A stretch of DNA of 63,648 bases, counting the filler, from Bigelowiella natans CCMP2755 (lineage: Eukaryota; Protista; Cercozoa): assembly GCA_000320545.1 (NCBI GenBank). It is 5 parts of 5 records of this genome, joined end to end, with 100 filler letters (N's around TTAATTAATTAA, not from the genome) between each part and the next. Parts side by side here need not be neighbours in the genome. Positions count along the whole stretch, not along the records: positions 42,823 to 58,078 come from ADNK01002281.1; 4 more parts are not named here. One strand, given 5' to 3'. A model generated the notes under the pieces. It made no database searches, was not told the DNA's origin, and worked only from the letters and a program-made list of their open reading frames with translations. Shown here in pieces: positions 42,823 to 54,725 of the stretch. The position numbers and the translations under genes were made by a program. Position 1 is the stretch's first letter; each line of letters starts with the position of its first letter.

Positions 42823-44436
42823 TTGTGGTTCCCTCAAGTTGAGATACGTCAGCTGTGAGCATTCCAAAAGATAAGAAAAATGGGGGACAAAACTGTTTTC
42901 CCATGTAGTATCACCTGATGTTCTCCGTCTTGAAGAAAGCTGTTTTGCACTCCTCGTACTGCACCTGTATGCACGTCATCATCACCCAACCGAAGAAGAA
43001 ACCCTGAAAGGGGAGCGAAAACGGGAGGAGAGAGGAAAGAAGAGCTTCGACCTTGCATCTAGTAAACACGGACAACGCCTGCTCCTTCACGGCGACTTGC
43101 GCTGCTTTGTCGATATCAATAAAGCACTCTTTAATGCCATATTGGATGATGGCTGACTCCAAGTTCCTGGTAGGAGGAGAAGCATGAGGGGAGGGAAGAA
43201 TGAAGAATTACAATCGGAATATAAGTTAGTGGCGAATCAGAAGTTCCTCGCCGATATAGTGCGCAGGTTTCATTCAAAATACATTATTTGGGGCTGCATC
43301 GCAACGGGCACTAATCTGCGTTCGTAGGTGTTGTTTGCGTGCGTGTGAGCATGATGAATGGAGTCACTCACCATAGCTTTTCGTGTTCTAGAAGCTCTGC
43401 CGTCCTCAGTGTTTGGCTGTCGGTGTCTACAATAGCCATTCCCATTTTCTGTGTGGAATGTTTAAGTAAGCATTTATAATAATCTATTGCAAGGACGGAT
43501 GCATACAATATTGACATTTGCTACTGGCACTACAAATGACGTTTGTATCACAGTCACGAGATTCTACCAGTTGGCCTTCTTTCCGAGCGGAAATTCTCAC
43601 AGCCTATCAGAGGGGTGGGGGGTGGCGCGGTTGGGCGATGAGAGGTTCAATGAAACTGAATGTTGCAAGTGAATGCACCCCAACACGATCCCATCCTTGT
43701 TATTATCGTGTTTATACAGCTATGGCTATAACAAGATGAAAGCTAACGACGGCTGACCATTGTTGCGGATGAGTTCGCCACGCCATCACCCTCGAAGAAG
43801 AGAATGTCTTCGAATCCTTGCAAATTTCCCGGAGACGCCTATTATTCCATTATTTCACCGGAAGTTTATTAATGATCGAATACATATGAAAATACTCGAA
43901 ACCTATCCCAGATACCTTCTTCTTCAATTTCCATTCGTTCTCTTCTTTGACGTAAACCTCGACGTCTCGGTACTCTTTGAGGACGGCCTCCTTGATAACT
44001 CGCGCCATCATTTTGTGATTTACGTTCACTGTGGGGATCTTAACACCATCTCCCAGCTCCTTAATCACTTCTCTAGTCTTGAAAAACTCTTCAGCGATGT
44101 AGGATGCATCCACACCGTGCACGGTGTGGTACTCTCCATTCTACGCAGGGAGGTGGAGGGCAGGTCAGAGGAAGATTCTGTATTGCAGCACTGCTTGTTC
44201 ACAAAGATGTTTACCTTTCGCACGAAGAACTTTAACGCACCAGCCACGTTTTTCCTAGTTTCTCGCTTCTCGAGCTTCTCGATGAAGGACTTGAATTTCT
44301 CTGTAAGGTAAAAATGAAGCTCCGTGATATGTTTTCGTGTGAGTAGATGGTTTTCGGTCTCGCAGCTCCTAATTTAGTCCCCACCCCCCTTCCGTTTTTT
44401 CGAACAACTCGGATTATATGTTTGCTTACGGTCCAT
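42823..44436 (-). CDS. MSH2: DNA mismatch repair protein MSH2, N-terminal domains (rest in gap)
   Basis: YHTVHGVDASYIAEEFFKTREVIK, VEVY..WKLKKK|ASPGNLQGFEDILF, GMAIVDT and NLESAIIQYGIKEC match MSH2 domain I and the connector (HGEDA..FKT; ASPGNL..FED; NLEALLIQIGPKEC). Start codon uncertain. Confidence 0.9.
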
Positions 44437-45167
44437 TGTGAAGGGCGCTGAGTCAACTGGGGGCAGGGAACGCAGGCTGGCACCGGAGGTTGGGGTGGGG
44501 TGGCTATGTGGCGCCGAGTTGAGACGGAATACACTTTCCCGCGATTAAGGTAAGACTTATCTCTCGAAACTTTGGACGGAAATATCGAAAATCAGAGGGT
44601 ATTTGAATAAAATAATATTCAGAATCTCAACTTATGCAACAAATCCATGTAAACCAGGCTTCCTATGCTTCTAAGTCATGCATCACATATTTTGGTAGTA
44701 CGTTTTCAATAGACGACGCGGTTCGAGAGGGTCAAAGCTCATTGAATACGCGTAAAGTAATTCTTTTGGGAAATTGAAGATCTAGGCTGAAATAGGCCTA
44801 AATTTCACGTTTTCGAGTACGACAATTGCTAATCCCCCGGTCGGCAAGGCGATTTTTTTTTTTAACCTTTTTCTCATTTAAGACATGAAACGAAACTTTC
44901 GAGCGATTGGATCGAGCTAAACCCCCCTATTCATGCCTCATAATCGAGTCTAGCCTCTTGTTACTGCAAAAAAAGGCAAGACTACAGTCTGGAAAATTCT
45001 CTTCCAAAGCCTCCGTTTCTCTTGCCGGCGGCTGTAGTTCAAAATAACCTGCAATTTTTCAGTATTCAATTATTTCATTCCATTAATTGGAAGTTACCGC
45101 CGGCGTTTAGCCCTCCAGCCTGTCAGGAAATTCCGCCAAAAATTTTAAGTCTTATTTTGCATACGCT

Positions 45168-47530
45168 ATGGAAGCTCCCCTCGTGCTACCCCGTCGACGT
45201 GGCCCCTCTCGCGCCTCCCTCCGCTACCTGAAGCCTGGGCTTCTCGCAGTAGGCGCTGCTGCTCTCCTTTCTGTTGGCGCTTTGACTTTTAGCCGCGGAT
45301 ACGATGAGCAGGCTGGCCGTGGGCATAGATTGAATACGGCAATGGTACGTCAATCCAGGGTGGGGCACGTGACCGGTGCGACCAAGACGACTATTTCAAG
45401 GTACATGCTTGCCTTCAGCGCCAGAACTTTGTTTCGAAAAGGAGCGAGATAAAAATATAGATGAATGGGGGTTGTTTTCCTGGAGTGGGACCAATAGATG
45501 ATAGAAAGGATGGTTTCACCAAAAAAGGGGGGGGGGGGTTGACATATGTTGATGCACCTCATCGAGTATCATGCAAGATTACTACACTAGGCCAAAAAGC
45601 TCTCCATTTTTTCTTCTACTCTAGCACGATTATATTCTATAAAGTTCGCACCGTACTTCACCTTTGCAAAACTACATACTATATTTATTCATTTTGATTG
45701 CCTGTAACTCGCAGGAGGAAAACCTCAGTAAACGCGGATTATGGCGCTCCCCCCGCTGTTCCGAACCGCCGTGTGGTTATCACTGGACTTGGAGCTGTTT
45801 CTCCACTTGCCAACAACCTTCAAGAAACATGGGACAAGATTAAGAAGGGCGAGGTATTATTGTCCATATAGTGCAGGAATTTGCTTATTTTAACTGGAAT
45901 GCACGCGGAACGCGAGCACGCGCGTACACACACACACGATTGAATTGCGTACTCGCGCAATTTAATCAGCATTTACTGAATGCAGGAGATGTTTGCTAGA
46001 GATGCGACAGGTTGATGAAAGGAGAGAGTCAATCATATTTGAGTTGGTCTTGACGATGGTTCGCACTGAAATTCGGTTTCCATGGGAGATACTTATCAAT
46101 ATTATTTTCTCCCCCTCTCCCATCCTCTTCCGTCACGCACTCTCAGACTGGAGTGAAAAAGCTGGAGGACCCCAAATTTGACATCCTCCCAACTAAGGTT
46201 GCAGCGTACATCAAGGATCTTCAGACGGAGGGGTGAGAGACCTAACCGCGACTTGATGAGGAGGGGGGAAAGGGGGGGGTGTCAGAGATGGTGGTGATAT
46301 GTGGCTATCAGTATATGTTTAGTATTCGTACTATCAGAGATGGTGGTGATATGTGGCTATCAGTATATGTTTAATATTCGTACTACCTGACCAAGGAGAA
46401 GAAGTGAAAATGATGGTCCTACCAATAGCAAACAATATCCAACCCTTATATTCAAACTCTCGAATCGTATTTATGCACGGTCACTCTCCTCCTCGTAACA
46501 TCGGCTTCTTCTCGTGTTTGCTGCTCAGAATTATTCCTCCTAAAGACGCAAAGCAGATGGCTCCTTTTATCAAGTAATATCGTTCAGAAGACGCAGGGGA
46601 GGAAGGGGGGGGGGGGGGGGCGGAAACATTTGATCAACCCCAAAGAAGATTATACCCTCGCCATTCTCATGAATCACCATCGTTCTGTGCCCTATGACTG
46701 ACTGATTTGTAGTGAGCATACAAGCAGCATAACTGACAAATGAATGCCGCCGAGTAGGTACTCAATGGTAGCAGCTAAGGAGGCCATGGATGACGCAAAC
46801 TGGCATCCGGAAGAACCTAAAGATAAGCAAGCCACTGGCGTGTCTATTGGCTCCGGAATCGGTATTATTCATTGATGACTCCCGCAGATCGTAGGCAGAC
46901 GTGGCGTGTGCGCGCGTGCCTGTGGTGTTTTATGCTTTGCCCTATACTTCCAATGCGGGGAGAAGCTGGGGGTCTGGTGAATGAAGAGGCTAGCGGGGGA
47001 CAGGGAAAATACTGTTAGTGATGTGTTTTTTTTTTTTTAATAATACATGCGCGGTGATCTACTGCTCTAGGTGGGATCGAGGAGATCACCGACAACCACA
47101 AAGAGCTGCTGGCGGAGAATAGAGGCTACAAGAAGATCTCGCCGCGCTTCATTCCGAAGATGCTTATCAACCTGGCAAACGGATTCGTCAGTATGGCGTA
47201 CGGCCTACAGGTTCTAACTTTTCTCGTGTTAAGGACGGGGTTGGAGGAGGGACAAGGGGAGGGGGGAGGGAGGGGGGGGTAAGGGAGCAAGATGCGGGTG
47301 AGCATATCACGGATTACCCAGTGGTTATTCACGAGAAATGTCGTAGAGGATGGGTGTGATAAAGCAGTCGCTCGTAGCTTCAAGCGTGGTAGCAAAATTT
47401 ACGAATACTAAGCAAAACGCATCGCTCTGCTGTTCGTCATCCAGGGCCCAAACATCGCTGCTGTCACAGCATGCGCTACCGGCTCGCACTGCATTGGAGA
47501 CGCCTTCAAGCTCATTAAGTAACAAAAACT

Positions 47531-47570
<40 letters not shown>

Positions 47571-48516
47571 TAGAAGATTGGGGGGGGGTATTACTTAGTG
47601 AGAGGCGACTGGGAGAACTCTCTTTGCCCGAATACAGCGCGATTGTTATATGAAACTTGTAACATACCCACCCATCCCCCCTCCCTCCCCCATCGTCAGA
47701 AACTAATGCTACTTGCTGCTGCTATATATAGACACGGAGAGGCCGATGTTATGGTTGCTGGTGGAGCAGAGTCGGTGGGTTTTTGGCATATATCTGTTAT
47801 GTTTATATTGATTTATCAATTCGATGCATATGGCGATCCTGGCGTTGCTATTAGTGTTTCAATATTGCAACGGCAATTACCCCAATCGCGCAGGAAGATG
47901 CGTCTAAAAGCGCGCACGCATTCTTCTCACATGCACCCGTTGCGGCGTTGTCCGAATATATCACCATCGCTATGCAGGCGGTCGAGCCTCTCTCCATGGC
48001 AGGATTCAACCGAATGAACGCCCTCGTCACCAAGTTTAACGACGAGCCGGAAAAGGTCGGTCAGCGCTGCAGATTCCACCATGGCTGTCACACGCACCTC
48101 TCTGCGTGTGTTGTTTGGTGATGATTGTAGCTATTCCAAGAACGTACACGTGTGTTACCGCCTTCTCCTGACACTCCTCCCCCCCCCCCCTTTCCCAAAT
48201 ATAAATATAGGCATCTCGGCCATTCCATGAACAACGTGCAGGGTTTGTGATGGGGGAGGGAGCCCGCGTTATGGTGCTTGAGGAGTACCAACATGCGAAG
48301 GCTCCTGGCGCTTAAATATACCCTGAAATCCGAGGGTGTGGCCTTACGGGTACGTGTGCCGATTAAAGTGTGCTCCTACTGCCTTCCAACGGAAAGGGGT
48401 TTCTCTGGTTTCTTTCGCTCGTTCGTGTTTTTCATATGGAAACTGTATCCATTTTGTGTAAGACTGATAGGGAAATAAACCCCCCCCTCCCCTCCCCCCA
48501 TCCCCCATCCGTTACC

Positions 48517-48577
<61 letters not shown>

Positions 48578-49418
48578 CGTTCTTTCATCCTCTTCTCTCC
48601 TTCTTTTATTCGTCAAAGAGTCATTATGTCTTTGTGTGTGTGTGTGTGTGTATGTGTGTGCGCACGCGCGCGTTGCGGTTGCAGGGGACGCATACCACGT
48701 TAGCGCTCCTAGCGGGGAAGGAGCTCTCAGAGCGATGAACCTTGCTCTGCAACAAGGCGGGGTTGAGGTCAGTACAACGACGATTTTTTGCCAGATAAAA
48801 CACGCGCGTAACCCCTCGATATTAAGTCAATCTAACTACGGCTACCTATGATCCCCCCCCCCCTTTTCGTTATCCCAGGCAAGTGATATCGATTATATCA
48901 ATGCTCACGGGACTTCGACTCCTGGTACGATGTTATATTTTGCTGAAGCCATATCTACGATGTGCTCCCGGTGTTGTTGTCGTTGGGTTGCTGCAGCTTC
49001 ATCCTCCTCCTGAACAATTTTCACTCTCCCTCTCCGTTGTTGGTCTTCTCACCAACCCTGCCCCCCCGCCCCCTTTCTCTGCTCAGTTGGAGACGCTAAA
49101 GAAGCTGAAACCATCGTGAAACTCATGGGAGGACCGGATAATGAGAAAAAGCCTTTCGTCACCTCCACCAAGGTAGAAGAAGAGAGCGAGAGGGAGAGGG
49201 CTGGGGAGGGGGGAACTCACTGACGTCTTTGTCACATCCTCTTCCTACTCTTTCTCTTCCTCCTCTTTTAATTTATGCTGTTCTTTCGGCTCTTTCGAGA
49301 AGCTAACACACGTTTTTCCTTCCTCCCCTTCGCCAGGGAGCCACTGGGCACATGCTTGGGGCGGCCGGCGCAATTGAAGCTGTCTTCACGACTCTGGTGA
49401 TTACGAGGAAGGGCAAGA

Positions 49419-49449
<31 letters not shown>

Positions 49450-49485
49450 CCCCAAAAGAACCGGAGACAGGAACCGTATTCTGGA

Positions 49486-49528
<43 letters not shown>

Positions 49529-49878
49529 AAATGGTCACATTTACATCAAAATAAATAGTGGAAGAAAGGAAGGGGAAAAGGGGGGGGGCAGGTTCGGGTT
49601 AATAGCACTACCGAACCAAATACAGCTAGCCCCTTCCTCTTCGTTATTCATTAATTACTAACGAATATGCGCCCCGTGATTAGGCAATCCACGAGGGAGT
49701 GATTCCCCCCACCGTTAACCTCGAGAACCCCTGCGTGACCGAAGGCATCACCCACGTCACTGGGGAGGCGAAGAAGGTTGATGGAATCAAGGCAGCGCTT
49801 TCGAATTCCTTTGGTTTCGGGGGCACAAATGCTTGTCTTCTCCTCACCCAGCCTCCGCAAGGTACTATTGTTATGTGA
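45168..49878 (+). CDS. 3-oxoacyl-[ACP] synthase II (FabF/OXSM type) with long N-terminal leader
   Basis: [52 protein letters not shown] (catalytic Cys), [67 protein letters not shown]. One exon carries an in-frame TAA (48313-48315), probably a sequencing error. Confidence 0.95.
46282..46385 (+). repeat. 52-bp tandem duplication in an intron
   Basis: TCAGAGATGGTGGTGATATGTGGCTATCAGTATATGTTTA(G/A)TATTCGTACTA twice. Confidence 0.9.
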
Positions 49879-51301
49879 TATTTGCAGTATTGCCATAAGG
49901 GTGATTTTGTCGGGTTTGAGCCAGCACTTTGGTCTAAGACGCTGATTCTCTTGCTTTTGGTGCTGTCCTGTCCCCCCATCTCCACCGCCCTCCTTTCCGC
50001 AGCATGAGTTGACCAGGATTGAGAATCGCGATGCTGCTCTCTCATTCCCAGCTTCTTGAATTTCCATCTGCTTTCGCCGAGCTCAATGAGGAAATCAGGG
50101 GCGGCGGTCTTACGCCTCGGAATTGTGCGATTTCGGAGCGCTTTCGCCTCTGCTGTATCATGTTCTGGTTGCTTGTTTCGATGTCGCAGCTTCTCGGTCT
50201 TTCTCCGCATTTTATGCACGAGTAAAAGTAGCGTCGTCAGCAGATATCTACCTATACATAATTAAAAGGGATTGCCTTCTTTATCTTTACTTTCTCGATG
50301 CCGTGGTTGTCGATCGACGCACGCTAGAGCTGTGCGCGCACATTTAAAATTGGATGTGCGCTTCGTAGCGCATGTCGGCTTTTGCTGTGTCTTCGGCGTA
50401 AGTACACATGCTTGCTAGCATGCTAGCATGTATGCCAGTCAAAAGGGCTAGCGTCACTTCAGCATCAACATTGTGCTACATGCTACTAGGCAGGCTAGTA
50501 GGCCCGAAGTTATGCATGTAGGCCTAAAAGCGATGTACTCATTAAAAATACAGGTTAGCCATAGCTGGCGACGTTGATTGCCACTAGCCACTTATTCGTT
50601 GTGCGGCTATGATGAATGCAAATGTGAGTTAATGAATTCAAAATCTTGGCACATTAGCATGTGCTACGTGCCAATGCATGCATTGCACTATCTAGCTATG
50701 CTGCTAGCTGTGTGTAGACGTTGTCCGATCAAGAAAAATGTTTGTTTGCGCACATGCACAATGAGGGCTAAAGCACAACAATGTGGCGCCACACATGCTA
50801 GCATGATGAGCGTTGGTTTCAACAACTACGGCTTTCTTGATTTTGACGCCCAAGCTAGCAAGCCCAGACGTCATGGAATAGCAAAAGTTAGTCACACGCG
50901 ACGCGAGGCTTGATAGTGTTGTAGCTGTCCAGTCAGATGTTTTCTAGTCGTTAGGTGCATCACGATCGCAGCAACGTCATAAACAAGAAAGCTCTACATG
51001 TGCATACACTGCATTTGGCAATGGAAAGATTCGCTCATGTGAATAGCGCGTTCGTCAATTGTCATGTGTTTGAATCTTGCAACACATGTCTCTACCAAGA
51101 TGTTCCGAAGATGTTCTAGAAGCTGGAAGCTGGTTTGCCGAGCGCCATCATCACTAAACATTTCCTATTGCTGACTGATGCAAGTGTTTACCTAATTTTG
51201 ATTTCATTACAAAATAACTAGCTAGCTAGGCAGCAACGATGCGACAATAAGATTTAATCCCCGCATTCAATTTGTGTTTTCTGAGGGTTTCTTAGTGTCC
51301 C

Positions 51302-51339
<38 letters not shown>

Positions 51340-51359
51340 TATCAGACATCGACTACTTG

Positions 51360-53550
51360 CTAGACTGGCGTCACCTGGATTATTGTTGTTGATGATGAAT
51401 CATCGTTTCTAGGCGTATTTCGCGAGCTGTTATTAAGACTGTTACCAATACCGCTGGTGGTGCTCCCTGGAACGTTAATTGCCCCCTTTCTTTCCCTTAC
51501 ATTTTTCTCACATCGTACTGCCTGGACAATCCTCCGCAACTCTTTCACCTCATCTTCTAGCTGTGCCATTCGAAGACCGCCCCCGGCTTTCGTCAATTTT
51601 TTTTCCAAGCCTCCATTCATCATGTGCGGGAGTTCAACGTCATCTCCCTGGTTTTCGACTTTGGTGGGATTCGGGACGCGGCTAGGAACCTCCCTCTTCT
51701 TGTTACCACCCACATCATCATCGTCGTCGTCATCATCGTCGTCGGGTGCACACGGGGCCATGATGACTGGCACGAGTATCTGCAGGGAGCTAATAAATCC
51801 CCCCATGAGGCCGAAAACGAGAATGACGACCGCGCCGCTGGACAGCATCTCCTGCCGGATGTAGCTGCATTTCTTCGTCCCACAGTCTTTGAAGTATTGG
51901 TCATAATCCAGTGTGGTTGTCGCACTTGTAATGAACGCGTTGTCAAGTGCCTGATACGGACGTTGGGTGTGGCGGGGAAAAGGACATTTCGGTTAGCATA
52001 ATCCCCGTCAAATCAAGACTGCGGCTGAGTGCAAGATAGCAAGTAACCTATCTTATATGCGATACAAAGGCTTCAAGCGTAATTCACGCAGTAGCTTTTC
52101 TTTCACTCTAAGAGCTCATTGAATTACTTGGGAGATGTTCTGGAACCGGCTTTGATTCATCCTCCCCCCGAAGCTATCATTTGCGAACGTTGACCACGCC
52201 CAGAAATCCTCAGATGCTAGACCCTGATAGCACATGTAATAACAATAATACTTAAAACAGGCAAACAAATAATCCACCTGAGCCATTAATCTCAGCACAT
52301 TACTTTACGATGTGTTAACAAGATCTTATCGGAGTCACGCAGCAGCAGATGATATAGTGGCGGCTCGCTTCAAATGGGGAATATGACGTCGAATGCAGAG
52401 CAATATGCCAACGACGCGGAGCTCTTACCTTCGTTGGGAAGTTCTTGAGCGTTTGCGTCGCGCTGCAGTAATAATTCAAATCGAAGTCGTACGGGTTTCC
52501 ACTTGTAGTCGATGTGCTGCCGAGCAGAGCACCGTCGCTGATGATTCTGGCCATTATGTCGAATGCATTCTGGCATGCCTTGCCCTCCCAGAAGTGAAAG
52601 TAGCACTGGAGATCTAGGTCAGTTACGCCGGACGTTGAGTAGAAGGATGAGTACGAGCAATCCCGATTGTAGTCGATGCTGTGGTTCTTGTACCGCTCAG
52701 ATATTTTCGAAAGCGAGAGAACTGTGAAGTCGTGCACGGAGCTAATATTTGGATGGTGACCCCAGCTGTCGGAATAGGGGGAGGGAAAGGGCTGGGCGTC
52801 AGTCGTGTACCCTGCTGGGGCGTTTATCTGGTTGAATGTCTCCGAGAGCTTGAAGCTCGAAGCAATTGAATCTGCAACCTCATTTTGTAAGAGCGCACCC
52901 TGCGGGTCGATGATTTCCCTCAGCTGGGAGGGTGAGTAGAGGTTGACACTTGTGAAGTATGACTCCTGCCATCGTAGATACACTCCGGAGCGAATGTCAT
53001 CGATGGTATTGCAAACCATGAATAGGCCTTGTAAAACTCCTTTGAACGTCGCCCCATCCCAAAAGGTGGTAGGAGCCCTTTCGACGATTGGCCAGACTTG
53101 CTGAATTTCCTCGCAGAGCGTATCAAATGTGAAATTCACCGACGCAACCCGACGGAATTGGATTAAAGGGCTTGAGCACTCGCAGTAGGGTTGGTATCCC
53201 TGTGAGAACAGGTTCGTCACCTCTTGCACCGAGCCGTTTTCAAGGACCTTAGCTACCTGATCATATCAACATCTGCCTTGTTAGTTTAGTTAAAGACTTA
53301 AGTCGAGTGCGTATGATACCATTTCAATGGATGTGGATGTGGAAGATGGGGCAGTACCGCGTGTTCTTGGAGCCCGTAATAAACAACCAAGGAAACCAGA
53401 AGAACAAGTACGACACAGCCGAAAATTGCCGTTTGGCGACAGCCATGAACTGCGTGCTTGTCTGTTTCCTTTTGGACGTATTCGGGGAAGATATTGAAGC
53501 GATGGTACCTAGTCGAAAGTCGAAAGGAACGGCTAGTGTCACGAATTTCT
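51360..53550 (-). CDS. Two-TM protein with large Cys-containing ectodomain
   Basis: TM1 TAIFGCVVLVLLVSLVVYYGL; ectodomain PYCECSSPLIQF, TFDTLC, FMVCN, FTSVNLYSP; pre-TM2 LDYDQYFKDCGTKKCSYI; TM2 VVILVFGLMGGFISSLQILVP; acidic/coiled-coil tail. 5' exon(s) unresolved. Confidence 0.7.
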
Positions 53551-53885
53551 AGATTTCTCTGCTCTCGTTCATAGCGTCCCCTGACGGATTATTCCGCTTC
53601 GAAGTCAAGTATTTCTGTAAATTCCCACCCTCTTCTGCCCCTTTCTCTCTATCTTGATTAATCTCGCTCTTCCCTCACGCTTCGATTTCATCCTCTCTTT
53701 GGGCATATTACATTTTGTATAGGCCCTTTTTCGCCTCGCCGCCAATCGACATCAGAGACTCTTTCAAATCTCCCCTTCTCCTCGCCTTGTTCCCCGTCAT
53801 ATCGTACTCAAGTCGAAGGTGTATGTGTAGGGGGGTTGACGATGTTGTCTCTCCGTTGTTCTATTGGCGCTGCTGCTCAACTAGA

Positions 53886-54172
53886 TCTAATGATAGATGG
53901 TAGTCTCGCAGACAGAATTTGACAGAAGATGACAGTGAAAATTCCTCAAAACCCAGAAACGAACGCAAAAGTAACGAATCTCGATAATTTCCAAAAAATT
54001 ATGTTACAATGCCCTGCGCAAGAACCAGTCTAATGATAGATGGTAGTCTCGCAGACAGAATTTGACAGAAGATGACAGTGAAAATTCCTCAAAACCCAGA
54101 AACGAACACAAAAGTAACGAATCTCGATAATTTCCCAAAAATTAATGTTAAAATGCCCTGCGCAAGAACCAG
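53886..54172 (+). repeat. ~143-bp tandem duplication in a divergent intergenic region
   Basis: TCTAATGATAGATGG...GCGCAAGAACCAG at 53886-54028 and 54029-54172 with few differences. Confidence 0.92.
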
Positions 54173-54725
54173 ACGACAAGCACGCAAGTGCTAGAAGTCT
54201 TGAAGTGGTGCACTTTCGCGCGACGTAGGCGCTGGCCCCCCCATCACGATGTCGCAAGATGTCATCGTTTTTCGCAAAATCTGCCGTCAGATTTCGTCAG
54301 ATCTGCAACTCTTTTGGGCGGGAAATGAAACCATTTCCCGGATTGTTTTAGGTGATATCCCTTCTGACATCTGCCATCTGCCGAAATCTGACGGCGAATC
54401 ACCACATTAAAATCTTTCGATGTTGCCCCTTCCAATTCCGCATTGCGACATGAAATCTCAGCTGAACAGTTTAGCACATGTGAACATTCGCCTGGGTTGC
54501 TACCTGGACGACATGCGTTTTGCTGTTTTCATGGTGATGGATTCGGGCACTGTTCATTCGGAGAAAAATTCTTTTTGCAGTGACGTCTTTTTGGATGCGA
54601 CACTTCCGTCCGTTGCCCGTTCTCTCCTTCCTGCGACAAGGGGACTACCATTGTCTTAGGATAAAATTGCGATGATTTTCTCAGAGATTGCTCTTCCGAC
54701 GCCACATCACACACATCACATTTTG

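Noticed and set aside
43760-44311. 183-aa plus-strand ORF
   Set aside because: Antisense to MSH2 exons.
48313-48315. Stop-codon reassignment (TAA as sense)
   Set aside because: TAA terminates MMUT normally, and the surrounding exon has several error-like changes.
53886-54172. Possible CRISPR-like or LTR pair
   Set aside because: Only two abutting copies, with no spacers, no TG..CA ends and no internal region.
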